64,000 bases of DNA, from the NCBI RefSeq assembly GCF_009914755.1, contig NC_060947.1, one strand, 5' to 3'. A model generated the notes under the pieces. It was not told the origin of the DNA. It worked only from the letters and a program-made list of their open reading frames with translations, and did not search any database. This document shows, in pieces, positions 50,891 through 64,000 of the stretch; position 1 is the first letter of the stretch, and every line of letters begins with the position of its first letter. The stretch comes from the human T2T-CHM13v2.0 reference genome, Homo sapiens. The translations under genes were made by a program, and so were the position numbers.

Positions 50891-51843
50891 TGAGTCATGG
50901 ATCTTAGATAAACAACAACATGGAATCAGACACAAGAAATGTCAAATAATGCAAAGGAAATGAAGAGCATTTAGATGAGGATGACCAGAGCAAGCTGGTC
51001 TGGGCAATAGTGGCAGTGTGGATTGGACAAGCAAAGCCGATTTGCCTGAATCCAAGAAAGGAAATAAGTTTTTATAGTGTGCAAATGAAATAAAACAGCA
51101 AGGAGAAAAGTCCCCTGATTTCCATCCTAGTGCTTCTCGATTATGCCTAATAGGCGCAGCTGCAGCAAAACATAACCGCGTCTATCTAATCTTATTGCTC
51201 ATAGCTGTTAAATACCAAGTTTCAATCAGCAATTTTAGAGATGAGGCCTTAGCAGCTAGAGTCTTAAAATAAGCCAAATATAAGTAAGCCAAATCCTGCA
51301 ATGCCTTTTGTTCCCAATGTTTCACAAGCAAATGGATGGAAATTTGGAGGTCCACAGGGGAATAAAAAGTTAAAATACCTAACACCTGTTAAATGAAGTC
51401 TCCTGAAAATGACAGTGAAACATAGACAGGAACCAAGAAATTGATCCATGCAGCAAAAAAGGACAAGGCAAATTAATACAAAGACAAAATTAACAAAGAA
51501 ATTAATAAAGACAAAGAAAAAATTAACAATCAGTTAAATTTCTGTGGTGCCAAACCCATTCTTAGCGGAGGGAGACTTTACTGAATGGAACCTCTAACTC
51601 CCTAAATCTTAGGAGGGATTCTAACCCTCCCAAGCTGGGCCTTGAACCCAAGTTTGGTCAAGTGTCCTTGCCTTTTATTAAGAGGAGCCTTTAACTTTCT
51701 CTGGAGAGACACTAACTTCCCTAAGTTGGGTCTCTAACCTAATCCCATCCTCTACTCAGGTAAATGCATCCCACTTACCCAAAGTCAGCCAACTGGTATT
51801 GCATGCAAATGATTTTCCTTTGGGTCCGGGGTCTCTTCAGTAT

Positions 51844-51863
51844 AATTCCTTCATGGTTCACTA
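51844..51863 (-). other. Degenerate primer-binding site, probably for tRNA-Arg(TCG)
   Basis: Minus strand TAGTGAACCATGAAGGAATT, a few nt after the LTR end, resembles TGGCGACCACGAAGGGATT (complement of the recalled tRNA-Arg-TCG 3' end) with CpG-type decay. Confidence 0.55.
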
Positions 51864-51869
51864 GAAAGA

Positions 51870-52397
51870 TGTTACCAGAAAGGGGTCCTAAATCAGACCC
51901 CAAGAGAGGGTTCTTGGATCTCACACAGAAAAGAATTCAGCATGAGTCCACAGTGTAAAATGAAAGCAAGTTTATTAAGAAAGTGAAGGGGTGAAAGAAT
52001 AGCTTCCCCATAGACAGAGTTGGGCATTCCTGAAAGTAAGAGGTGGAACATGCCTACACAAGGTAAAATGCTTGTTTATATATAGGATAACAAAAACAAA
52101 ATCATGGGGAGATGTGCTCTACTACAGGGGTTTGTGATAAAGGATTAATTTTTTTAATTACTACATTTTGCAAGAACCATTATTATCTTTAAAGCAAAAT
52201 TAGGAATGTTTTCGTTCTCAAGATATCGGGATATCAGGACATTCCTGAGCTTGGGTCTGTTTAGTAAGCGTTATTAATCTGTTCCCTTAACCATAAACAT
52301 CTAGAGGCCTCCTGGGAGTGCAGCCCAGCGAGTCTCAGCCTCATTTTTCCTCACCCTCATTCAAGATAGAATCCCTCTGTTTCAAATGCCTCTGACA
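51870..52397 (-). mobile_element. 5' LTR of the provirus, MER41C-like
   Basis: Minus strand runs tgtcagaggcatttgaaacagag...ctggtaaca (TG...CA ends), has a MER41-type start, and carries AATAAA on the minus strand (plus-strand tttatt at 51971-51976). Confidence 0.8.
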
Positions 52398-52587
52398 ATA
52401 TAATTAGGTGGGTTAATACGAAATCCAGGGTTAAAGCATAAAGACAACAATTTAAAAAATTATGCTTTGTATTTCTATATCATTTGTTAAGATGTACTTA
52501 ATCCTTCTATTGTTATTGAACAATTTTACAATAAAATCACAGATATCATAAGCCAGGCACAGTTAACACAAAATAAAAATAAGTAGT

Positions 52588-52819
52588 GAATTGAACAATG
52601 AGAACACATGGACACAGGAAGGGGAACATCACACTCTGGGGACTGTTGTGGGGTAAGGGGAGGGGGGAGGGATAGCATTAGGAGATATACCTAATGCTAA
52701 ATGACGAGTTAATGGGTGCAGCACACCAACATGGCACATGTATACATATGTAACAAACCTGCACATTGTGCACATGTACCCTAAAACTTAAAGTATAATA
52801 ATAATAAAATTAAAAAAAA
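52588..52819 (+). mobile_element. Young L1PA (L1PA3-like) 5'-truncated 3' end
   Basis: Near-consensus 3' UTR 'ggggagggatagcattaggagatatacctaatgctaaatgacgag...gtaccctaaaacttaaagtataat' plus an A tail. TSD approximately aaata(a)gtagt. Confidence 0.92.
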
Positions 52820-53056
52820 CCGAAATAGTAGTTTTTTAAAAATCTTGGGTGGTAGTTTAATTCAACCTCAGCATATATCATCTGGACTCCTGCTTCAGGT
52901 CAATTAAATGTCAATATTTGTAAATAAAAAAATATATATATATAAATAAAGGTGATAAGAAAAAATTCTGAGAAAAATGATTAAGAAAACATAAACTTTT
53001 TGCCATTATAGTATGATACAAACGGAAGGATTCATTTTTATGCTTTGTCTTTCTAT

Positions 53057-53757
53057 TGTTGATGGAAAAACCAAACTAAAATATTTGAAGACATTCATTT
53101 TGAGCCAGTGAGGACCATGACCCCATGACTCAGCCTCCAGAGATCCTAAGGACATGTGCCCAAGGTGGTTGGGTTACAACTTGATTTCATATATTTTAGG
53201 GAAACAAAAGGGATTGTGGAAGCCAAGGCAAGGTTCTTTTTATGTAGGTGTAGTCTCCAGGTAGCAGGCTTCAGAAATAATAGATGGTAGCTGTCTCCCA
53301 TCAGACTTTAAAAGGTGTCATACTCTTAGTTAAATATCTCCTCTATCAGGAAAATACATGGAAAGGAAAGGGGATTTTCTACAGAATATAAATTCTCCTT
53401 GCAAGAGAAGGCTTTGCAGGGCCTTTACAAAATATGCCAAATAAATATGTTTGGGATAAAATGCTTTTGTTTCCTTTAGGGCCTGTTATCTGCCATGTGA
53501 TGTTATACTAGAGTTAGGTTGGAGCTGGTATCTTATTGCTACAAAGGATCTGTTCTGTCAGTCTTAGAATCTCTATTTTAATGTTAATACTAGTCAGTTT
53601 TGTCTAAACTCCAAAAGGGAGAGAGCATAATAAAACATGTTTGACACTCCATTCCCATCATGGCCTGAGCTAGTTTTTCAGGTTTCTTTGGAATTCCCTT
53701 GGGTAAGAGGGGAATCCAGTGTCAATTGGGGTTCTTGTATTTTATATTTTGTTTACA
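53057..53757 (-). mobile_element. MER4-family solo LTR (MER4D-like)
   Basis: TG...CA ends, with the minus strand starting tgtaaacaaaatataaaa. 4-bp TSD ctat at 53053-53056 and 53758-53761. Confidence 0.8.
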
Positions 53758-53887
53758 CTATTAAACTGTATTCTACCACTTATCTTTGACTTTGGTCTTT
53801 GTCTTAGAAGGCAAAAAAGCTGAATGCCTGATTCAACATAATTTTTTGCATCCTTGAATTTCTGGCTGATTAAAATTCTCATGATTA

Positions 53888-54016
53888 ATTCAGGCATGGT
53901 GGCATGTGCCTATAGTTCCAGATGTTCGGGAAGCTGAGGTGAGAGGACCACTTGGGCCCAGGAATTTGAGTCCAACCTGGGCAACTTATTGAGATGCTAT
54001 TTTTGTTTTTAAAAAA
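53888..54016 (+). mobile_element. FLAM_A-like Alu monomer
   Basis: Monomer 'caggcatggtggcatgtgcctatagttccag...cctgggcaac'. TSD aaa(t/g)tctcatgatt. Confidence 0.8.
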
Positions 54017-54134
54017 GTCTCATGATTGCAAAGAATCACAGTTAAATCTAATAAGCTGAGCCCTGTCAGTAATATTGTCAAGCATATCAATTGAATTTTG
54101 TGTCAATACCTGAATATTAACTTTCACAATAGGT

Positions 54135-54430
54135 TGATAAGTACAAAATTAGAAAGAATAAGAACTAATATTTGATAGCACAACAGGGTGACTATTGCCA
54201 ATAATAACTTAATTGTACATTTAAAAATAACTAAAAGAGTGTAATTGGATTTTTTTGTAACAGAAAAGATAAATAATTGTTGGATGGATATCCCATTCTT
54301 CATGATGTAATTACTTGATACTGCATGCCTGTATAAAAACATCTCATATACCCCATATATATGTCATTTTATAGACAATTTTATAGAAAACTTTAATTTT
54401 AATAAAAATTAAAAATTAAAATTAAAAAAT
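54135..54430 (+). mobile_element. L1MA2-like 3' end
   Basis: 'tatttgatagcacaacagggtgactattgccaataataacttaattgtacatttaaaaataactaaaagagtgtaattggatt'. Confidence 0.8.
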
Positions 54431-55124
54431 AAAAAGATCATGAGATATATTGGTACGCATTTTCTTCTGTTTAAAATACTTCATTTAGTCATTTTTTAGG
54501 ATAGGGCCACTGGTGACAAATTCTCTTAGTCATCATTTATGTGAGAAGTCTTGATTTCCCCCTTCATTCCTGAATGATACTTTTGTTCCATATAGAATTC
54601 TGGGTTGACTGTTCTTTTCTTTCAGCACTTGAAACATGTTTTGCCCCTGCTCTCCATAACTACCAATGAGAAATATGCTACCATCCTAATTGTTGTTTCC
54701 ATAATAATAACGTATTATTTCTTTCTGGCAATTTTGTCTACAGTTATAAGAATTTTACGTATGATATTTTGGTGTGGATTTTTGGCGTTTATCCTATTTG
54801 AACTTTGTTTAACTTTTTGAGCCTGTAGATTATGTCTTTTGCTAAATTTGGGAAGTGTTCAGCTGCTAAATCTTTTAGTACTCTTTCAGCACCACCTTCT
54901 TTCTCCTTTCTTTTTGAGATTTTATTGTCACAAATGTTAGGTATTTTGTTATAGTCCCATGTTTTTGAGGCTTTTTTCATTTTTTACCAGTCTACTTTCT
55001 CTGTTTTTCAGATTGGGTAATTTGTATTTTTCTGTCTTCAACTTAACTGATTCCCCTATTCTCTCCATTCTGCTGTTGTGTCTATCCATCGAGTTTTTTT
55101 TTCCAAAAAAAATGGTAATAGCAT

Positions 55125-56905
55125 ATATTTTTAGAATAGACTATATTCTTATAGAAGTTTTAGGTTTACAGAAAAATTGAGTGAAAAGTATAGAGATTTC
55201 TCACATATGCCCTACCCCCATGCATGCCAAGCCTCCTCCAGTATCAACAGCTTACACCAGAGTGGTACATTTTTTACAACTGTTGAACCTACACTGACAT
55301 ATCTTTTTTACCCAAAGTCAATAAGTTACATATAGGTGTTACAATAAGTTACATTCTTAGTGTTATACATTTTGTGTATTTTGACATATGCATAATGACA
55401 TAAGCCTACTCTTTCATATAAGAAATAGTTTCACCATCCTAGAATCTTCTGTAGTTCACTACTTCATCCCTTCCTTCTCCAACCTCCTTCAACCGCTGAT
55501 CTTTTTACTGCCTCCACAGTTTTGCCTTTTCTGGAATGTCATATAGTTGGAGTCATACAGTTTGTAGCTGACATAGTTTGGCTGTGTCCTCACCCAACTT
55601 TAATCTGGAATTGTAACCCCCATATGTTGAGGGAGAGACATGTAATCCCCACATGCCAAGGGAGAAAGGTGATTGGATCATGGGGTTGGTTTCTGCCATG
55701 CTGTTCTTATGATAGTGAGTTAGTTTTCAGGAGATCTGATGGTTTTATAAGCATCTGGCATTTCCCCTGCTTGCATGCACTCTCTCTTTTGCCACCATGT
55801 AATACGTGCCTGCTTCCCCTTCCGCCATGATTGTAAGTTTCCTGAGGCCTCTGCAACCATGAGGAACTATGAGTCAATTAAACCTCTTTCCTTTATGATT
55901 TACCCAATCTTGTGTATTTCTTTATAACAGTGTGAGAATGGACTAATACAGTAGCTTTTTCAGATTGACTTCTCATAGTAATATGCATTTAAGATTTCTC
56001 TATTTCTTTTTATGGTTTGATAGCTCTTTTATCTTTAGTGCTGAATAATATTATATTGCATGAATGTACCAGAGTTCATTTATCCATTCACCTACTGAAG
56101 AACATCTTGGTTACTTTCAAGTTTTGACAAGTATGAATAAAACTGCATCAAACATCCAAGTAAAAGTTATTGTTTGGACATAACTTTTTAACTGATTTGG
56201 GTGAATACCTAGAGTATGATTGATGGATTATATGCTAAAATTATATTTAGTTTTGTAAGAAACTACCAACTGTCCTACAAAGTGGAGGCACCATTTTGAA
56301 CTCTACCAAATAATAAATGAGAGTCATTTTCCTCCACATTTTCACCAGCATTTGGCGTTGTCCATATTTTGGGTTTTTGCAATCGTACTTTAATTTGCAT
56401 TTCTCTGATGATATATTATGTAGAACATCTTATCATATGCTTATTTGCCATAAACATATCTTCTCTGATGAGGTGTTTGTTAAGGTCTTTAGTGCATTAT
56501 AAATGAGGTTGTGGTTTTCTTATTATTGAGTTTTATGAGTTTTTTGTATATTTAGATAACAAGCCTTTATCAGATATGTCTTTTGCAAATGTTTTCTCCC
56601 AGTCTGTGGCTTGTCTTTTCATTCTCTTAATCTTGACTTTCACAGAGGAGAAGTTTTTTCAAATTTTAATTACATCTAACTTATTACATTTCCTTTATGA
56701 ATCATGACCTTAGTATTGTATCTAAATAGCATCAAACCAAGTCATTTAGATTTCATCCTATCTTATCTTCTAGGTGGTTTACATTTTTTGTATTTTACAT
56801 TTAGGTCTATGATGTATTTTGACCTTTGTGAAGGGGTAAGGTCTATATCTAGATTCATTTATTTTGTATGTGGATATTCTATTTTTCCAACACTGTTCGT
56901 TTAAA
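55125..56905 (-). mobile_element. L1MC1/2-like 3' end and ORF2 tail (nested)
   Basis: 'aagttttaggtttacagaaaaattgagtgaaaagtatagagatttc...ccagagtggtacatt' followed by reverse ORF2-tail motifs. Confidence 0.75.
55569..55950 (+). mobile_element. THE1D/MST-type MaLR solo LTR
   Basis: tgacatagtttggctgtgtcc...gaatggactaataca with a perfect 5-bp TSD gtagc (55564-55568, 55951-55955). Confidence 0.92.
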
Positions 56906-58609
56906 AGGCTGGTTGTTGTATTTTTAGTTCTAAAATTTCCAGTTGGTTCTTCTACAAAGAAAAAACGTCTGTCTCTTTGCTGAGACTTTCTATTTTTTTG
57001 TTTGTTTCAAATGTATTTATGAAGGTCACTTTATAATTTTATGATGGCTGCTTTAATATACTTGTTAGATCATTCTAATATCTATGTTATCTTAGTGTTG
57101 GCACCTGTTGATCTTCTTTTCTCAATCACTTTGAGATCTTCCTGACTCTTGGTATGATGATTGATTTTTAACTGACAACTTGATTTTTTTAATATTATGT
57201 TAGATTACTTTGGATATTATTTAATCTTGTATTTTAGCATGTATCTTCCAACATCACTCCAGCAAAAATAGGAGGCCAGTGTCATGTTACTGCCATGTTG
57301 GTCTCGAAGTCCAGGATCTCTACTTCTCCACATGAGGACTAACGATGTTGTCTTTTCAGTCTGAAAAGCTGGCACATTTAGAGAAAAGAAAGCAAGTGTA
57401 TTAAACTCAGTGATTTGAGTATCAGAAGTACAGGAAGCATAATGAGTTCCCTGATAAACTCCAATGACACTCAAGGGGTAAGGGGTATCTTGTTACTGTT
57501 GGGTGGGGTTAGGAATTTAGGATTCCAGCTAGATCACTGCTAATACGACCTTGTTTGGGAAAGTCTAAGGCTCTAAGCCTGGCTCTTCACTGCTCCCTGA
57601 TGGTCTCCACTAACACTAATTGACGGATACCCTTGTTACCACTAAACAGCGGTGAAAGACCTAACTCTCCATTATATCACCTCTGGCATGAACTCGTGAG
57701 GAGGGAGAGGAATATCTTGTAATCACTAGGTCAGAGTGGAAATCCAAGCTCCTCATGTGCTCTCCACTGACACTGCTGGTTTACCTCTTCTTTTCACCTT
57801 TCAGAGTCTTCTTGTGTTCATGCTATTTAATATATACAATGTCCAGGGGATTTTGTTGTACTTGGTGGGAGGAACAGGGAAAGGTAAATTTATCCCATCT
57901 CTTCAGAAGCTGAATTTTCCCTTACTGGATATTATTTACCCAATTTTATCTCACTGTGAAGATGCTACACTTGATCTGTTTACAATTGATAGTATTTTAT
58001 TCAACTGGGTTTTAAAGTTTGTTCACTGTCAAGAATACGGACACTTTACAAATGACAAGCAACCCTGGCCAAATTCTGCTGTACGGAAATATAACAAGAA
58101 ATATAAGAGTTGATGAATGGAAAGAAGAACCAGTTCAAATTAACCAAAATAGATGCACAAGTAAAATCCTTTCACTGGGAAAGGACATTATGCAGATCTA
58201 GGGAATATTATCTAATTGCTTGTCTGTGCATGGCCATGAGAAGTAACAATTTTATCTCTTCAGTCTGAAAAGCCAGGATGTTTCGAGAAAAGAAAGCAGG
58301 GTGTGTTAAACTCAGTGCTTTGAGTATCAGAAATACATGAAACATAATGAGTTTTTTGATACATTTCAAGGTGACAGTCAAATATTTTTGCTGTTAAGTC
58401 TCAGGGGGAAAAAAGCCTACTCAAAAAAATGACAACTTTTTTATTTACACCAGAACAGATAAAAAAAAAGTATGGATACATACAGGATTAGAAAACAAAG
58501 GTAGACTAAGACGTGGTTAATTACAGCTGAAATATAGTTAGGAGTTATTTAATTTGTATTAGTTTTTTTAGAAAAACATTTTCTTATACAAACTCATACT
58601 TTCCAATGA

Positions 58610-59140
58610 CCTTTTTTTGGTACCAACACTAAGGTGTTAAACTCTGCTAATGAAATGGTAAACACAAATAAACTTTGTCCTTACTCTCGTGGAGTTTGCC
58701 ATCTAATGGAAGAAAAGCATACTTATCAAACAATCATGCCTAGATATGTAAATTATATTCATGTAGTTTTGGAGCAGTTGTCAGGTAAGTCTTCTATGAA
58801 GCAGTCCCAATTGAAATGCATTCCAAAGGACTAAATGGTGCTAAACGTGCCATTAGTAGGAATAAACTATTCCAGGTAGAAGAAACAACATATAAATTGC
58901 CCTGCAGTCTGAGGGGGTGAGTTGCCTTAGGAAAATCTGAAAGAAGGAAAGGAGAGCCAGAGGAAAAATAGTGAAGAAAAACATGGTGCAAGATGAGGTT
59001 GAAGAGGTGAGGCGGGTCGAACTATTCCATCTATTTGTACTTGTATATTTGAGCCTTTATCAAATATAAGTCAGAAACTACTGAATGGATTTAAGCAGTG
59101 GTATATTATTTCTCCATATGAACATCAAAATTTTCACCTT
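58610..59140 (-). mobile_element. L2 fragment
   Basis: 'gtccttactctcgtggagtttgccatctaatgg' and 'ctattccaggtagaagaaacaaca'. Confidence 0.55.
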
Positions 59141-61445
59141 GAAATTACTGGAAAAATGGAAGAATTGATAAAAGGTACCATTTTATCAGTAGTTTAATTC
59201 ATTAGTTTAATTTTAGGGACAAAACAATTAATTGAGTTATGCTCCTATGGAAGCTTTTTGCCATATACATCAAGGGAAATCTTAGCTTATTGATCCATTA
59301 ATCTATAACCTGTGGCATAATTTCCACTCAGCTCTTTGAGGTACAGCCACAGTGTCAAAAAGCAAACAAACCATTTCTGAAGTGCTATCCTCACAAACTC
59401 AGAACTTCACAGTGATGACAAATGTCACGAGTTTTAATAAAGGTATGAAAGATCCAAATCAAATATCACTGAGAGATGATTAAGAGACACATGCTGTATT
59501 CTGTTATGTTTGCATAGAACATAGGGAAAGAACTTCTTTTAAATTTTTCCTTTAGTTTGTTTTCCAGAGGATCTTAGATTTAAGGTAGCAAACATGACAA
59601 GAAGAAAATTACGGCCTTAGAAACTGTCGGACTAAATAGCTCATTCTGAAAAGAATGGTGGTTTCTTTTAGATATAGTTAAATGCCAAAGCTATAATTTT
59701 CCATTTACATTCTTTCGTCATTGTATATGTAAGTTATTTATCCAATTTTATACCATTTGCTCTTTTTTAGAAAAAGTCTTCCTGCAGATTCATTTTAACA
59801 ATAACTTTTTTTTCCTAAAACACATTGTAAAAACTGTTCCTGTCACTCTTCTTTTGATATCAGCCATTTCCTCATATAGAAGTCAGTCATCAAATGACTG
59901 AGGGAAAGGCTGTGTAATTCAGCTCTAATGGACTGTATTTTAAACTGCTCTAGTTTAAAATGCCACAGCCCACGTATCCTAACATGTACACATTTCAACT
60001 AGAAAAGATCAAATTCTACTGTTATTGTTACTGGAATAGCTATTGACAGCTTTGTATTTATATTTTTGGGGGAAGATGGAGGTTTAATTTGAGGAAAGAC
60101 AGATAAATCACAGGTGAGCTGGAGGCCATGGATGAAAGCTACTGGATGTTGGATAGCTGGGACAGAAGTTGAGGCTGCACATATATTTTTTTTTTTGGTA
60201 CCAGCTAAGTTTTGATCCAATCTACTTCAATTTCATTTAATACATTTTAAAAATAAACTAATTATTTAAAGATTGTTATATGACCATAACTTGACTATAA
60301 TACTATATTGAAAGCAGACTTAGTTTAATATGTAGTTTATTTTGATTTTTCCCTCAAAGGGCTTAATTTTCTTACTGGAATAACACATACCTCTTGAGTA
60401 AACAACCAAAACACTCTCTACTGCCATTTTATTTCTTTTCCAAAATGTTGAATAATAAGCCTAGTACATTCCTCAGTACCTTTGCGTTGTCATATGACAC
60501 TGAGGCTGACAGTCCTTGCTTGTTAGAAACATGAAGTACCAGGGCTGTGGGGCCACTGGAGCACTTTCTAAGACTGTTGACAAAGGGCCCAGTGCCCACA
60601 CATTAATCACACTGCTGGGCTATGTTAACTCTTTTCACTGTCATAAATGCTTAGTTCCCTCTCCACTATTTACTGCTTAGAACCCACCAAACTGCAAATA
60701 GCAGGAAATTTCTGGGAAGAGAGAGTACATGAATTTTGCATCCTGAATAGGAAGAGACAAACATACTCAGAATGCTTTAAAGACTTTACTTTATGTTCTG
60801 AGCTATTCAGCACATGGCTGAGCTCATTTCTTGCTCCCCAGATATCTCAGTTCCAAGGAAAACTTGATAAAATTTCAGTCTAATTTGTATTTGCTATTTC
60901 CTAAGATGAGTTAGAATTGCCTCTTTATTTTTAAGAAATAAAATCTCTGGAATTATGAATGCATATAAAGGGACTATGGGTAGCATAAACTTCGGAAAAA
61001 ATTAGGATGCATTCTGTGATCAAAATAGTTTTTGATATATTCTTTATGAAAATATTTACTAAGTGCTTGTAGCCAAGATGAAATAACTCAGAACTGTGTA
61101 CATTGCCTTAAAAATCAATCGTCACTTTACTCTAAACCCCACAGTGGCAAGTACAGGGTAGGATTTATGTTGGTTCTGAGAAAAACAAAAAAAAACTATT
61201 CAATAAATATGTATTGATAAATTCAATAATATTAAAAGTACCTGGCTAGCAGTGTTAACAAAAGGCAGAGACATATGTTCTAAGCAGAAGAAACATACTT
61301 AGCTTTTCAATGGAAGTGCAGAGACCACACAGACAGACAGTGGCAAAATTTCAAGGTATAGTCATCATACGGGGGGTGGTGGAGGTGGTGGATGTTGTTT
61401 TCTGATAAAATCAGACATGACTTACTGACAAGAGCAATTATAGTT

Positions 61446-61607
61446 ATATATATATGTGTATATATATGTATATATGTATATATGTATATGTATATGTATG
61501 TATATACGTATGTATATGTATATATGTATGTATATGTATATGTATATATGTATATGTATATACGTATATATGTGTGTATATATATATGTATAAGGAATAT
61601 ATATATA
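61446..61607. repeat. Compound (TA)/(TATATG)n microsatellite
   Basis: About 160 bp of tatatg/tatg/ta units. Confidence 0.95.
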
Positions 61608-61959
61608 TTCCTTAGCTTCTCTTGGGGAGTGAGTTAAAAATTGTATATGCCCTGGGTCCTCAGTGTGTGTTGGGAGGGGCATAATTTGCATCCTTAACTA
61701 GCACCCTAAATCTTCCTGATGCAGGAGTGCCACAGAAGACCTCCTGAGGAATATCATCCTAGATTGTGGGAAGCAAAATTTACAGAAATCTGAGAAAACA
61801 GACTACACATGGAGTGGAAAGGAAATGGACATATAAGGTCTTAAAAAATTAAACACTTAGAGGAAGCTTGCTGGTGAATCTGAGAGAGAAGAAAAGGGAG
61901 TATCTTCATAAAATATGTATCAGCAGCAATTCTTTAAAAAGGTGTGTATCAGAAGACAT

Positions 61960-63205
61960 CAGTCACCCTCTCTTTCAAATAATACACACAAACAAATGAT
62001 TCTAACCAACCTCACAGCTTCAACCTTGCTCCAAACTCCCATCTTCTCTCGTAAGTAACAGCAACTCCTTCTAGCTGGTCTCCCTGTGTATTAGTCAATT
62101 CTCACATTGGTATAAAGAAATACCAGAGACTGGGTAATTTATTTTTTTAAAAAAGGTTTTAATTGGCTCAGTTCCACAGGCTGTACAGGAAGCATGATGC
62201 GGCATCTGCTTGTCTTCTGAGGAGGCCTCAGGAAACTAACAAACATGGTGGAAGGCAAAGGGGGAATAAGCAATTCACATGGCCAGCGTAGGAGGAAGAG
62301 TGAAGGGGGAGGTGCTACAGGCTTTTAAACAACCAGATCTCATTAGAACTCTATGACTGTACAGTAACAAGGGGGAATGGTCCTAAACCATTCATGAGAA
62401 CTCCACCCTCATGATCCAATAACCTCCCATCAGGCTCCACCTCCAACACTGAGGATTACAATTTAACAGGAAATTTGGGTAGGGACAGAGATCCAAACCA
62501 TATCAACCTACATCCACAGTGGACCTGTACAATCTATTCCCCAAAACCCAAAAGACAGGGTTACCCTGTTAAAACCTGTCAGATCATGTCACTCTGCAGC
62601 TCAAGACCTCTTTTTATTAATAGTAAAAGGCAAGTTCCTTAACATGATCTATCACATCCCAGTAATCCATGATCTTCTTCCTTTCTGACCTTATCTCCCA
62701 CTGCTCAGCTCTTGATGGCTCTTCTCCAGCCACAGTGGTCTCCATTTTGATTTCTGAACACACCAAACATGCTCCTGCCCTAGGGACTTAACACTAGATA
62801 CTTCTGCTTTCTGCCTAGAATGTTTGCCCTAGGAGTCTGGATGGTTAAATCCCTCTCAGTCTTCAAGTTCAGTGATGTCTTCTCAGAAAGTTCTAATTTA
62901 ACAGCTTAATTAAAATTTCAACACCTCTACATACACACACACATACACACACACCACCTTGAGTATCCTTACCAATCTTCAATCCATTTCCATAGCATTT
63001 ATCACATATTAACATAAATATAATAATTTATAAATTTATTATGCTTGCTGTGTATTTTTCTTCCATGCCTAGATCCATGCTATATGAAATCAGTGATTTT
63101 TCCATATTTTGTTCACTGATGCATTCCCAACATCTGAAACTGTCCCTGACACATGGTAATCATTCAGTACATACGTGCAAGAACAAATAAGTGAGTTAGT
63201 GAAAT
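61960..63205 (+). mobile_element. L2a 3' region interrupted by an MST LTR
   Basis: 'ctagctggtctccctg', 'gatcatgtcactctgcagctcaagacc', 'caccaaacatgctcctgccctagggac' and 'tttgttcactgatgcattccca'. Confidence 0.75.
62087..62505 (-). mobile_element. MSTA-like MaLR solo LTR
   Basis: tgtattagtcaattctcacattggtataaagaaatacc...gatccaaaccatatca. Confidence 0.88.
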
Positions 63206-63272
63206 GCCTGAATACACACGCCAGATTCTAACCCTAGATAGTCTTAAGAAGGGTATGGACATGTATTTCTTC

Positions 63273-63303
<31 letters not shown>

Positions 63304-64000
63304 ATGTCCCTCTCCTCCTCTCTTCTCCTGCCTCAATGCACTTTCTTGTTGTTCCCTTGGTGAGTTTGATATGCACTCTTAGTGAAGAACCAATGAGGCC
63401 TCCAGATGGAAGAGAGTTGATCCTTACTATCAAATAAAGTTAAATGGTGAAAAGCTATAAAAAGACTGATTTGACCTCCAGGAAAGCATTCTAACAATTT
63501 ACAGATATTCAAAAGTGGAGTCGCCTACTATTGAAAGCAATGACTTTCCTATTACTATAGGTGTTTGACAGGAAGGAAAGCAAGCACTGGCATGGGTGGA
63601 TTCAGGTTAGAGAAAAAGATGAACAGAGGAGCCCACACTGGGAATACTTAAAATGTAGTATAGCTATACCTAGCACAGGTAAAGAAAGTAGCAGGAAAAA
63701 TGTTTTCTTGTATTGTGTTTGATTTAAACACACTCATCATACACGTCTTTATCCCAGAACAATTCTAGCTGCTTTCATTTTCAATTACTGATGCTTTAAA
63801 GTCAGCATCACTATAAAAATATATATAATGCTGTCAGTTTATATCTATTTTTAAAAACTACTTCTACTACCAATGAATATATTCACTATATGTACCAATG
63901 AATATACTCATTGGCAATGGAAGTAATTTGAAAATGTTAGCAATAGGAGGTCTTTAGTTAAGTGCTTAACACGTGGTTCAATAATATAATGACACTATAT

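Larger units (their letters stand above)
54460..57910 (-). mobile_element. Old L1 (L1MC/L1MD-like) 5' UTR-ORF1 region, interrupted by another L1 3' fragment and an LTR
   Basis: Reverse ORF1-like peptide (KEGGAERVLKDLAAEHFPNLAKD) and 'ctggtgacaaattctcttag'. It resumes at ~56915 after the nested element. Confidence 0.6.

Noticed and set aside
61392-61691. Tyr/Ile/Val/Met-rich ORFs on both strands
   Set aside because: They are translations of a TA/TATG microsatellite.

Overview
This is primate (almost certainly human) genomic DNA. The one protein-coding gene is intronless FAM47B (ATG 3489 to stop 5426, 645 aa, 36-bp internal repeats), which places the window on Xp21. The rest is AT-rich, gene-poor DNA layered with transposon fossils: two near full-length old primate L1s (L1PA15/16-like, ~8258-14090 and ~38090-44530), the right half of a Tigger1, MER82, two MADE1 remnants, about eight Alus and two FLAM-type monomers, several solo LTRs, and a reverse-strand class I provirus (MER41C-type LTR, PRIMA41-like gag-pro-pol-5'env, ~44531-52397). 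I see no convincing new biological system. The most unusual signals are templated, mostly inverted, local insertions inside the L1s (a three-segment template-switch insert at 39631-39818 and a 58-bp-arm hairpin at 41833-41958), a tailless 30-nt U6 retrocopy with a 16-bp TSD, an in-frame A48 expansion in the ERV RT motif, and a compact X-box-containing GC-rich 5' region of FAM47B that abuts an old L1. Repeat subfamily names come from memory of consensus sequences and need RepeatMasker/Dfam confirmation.
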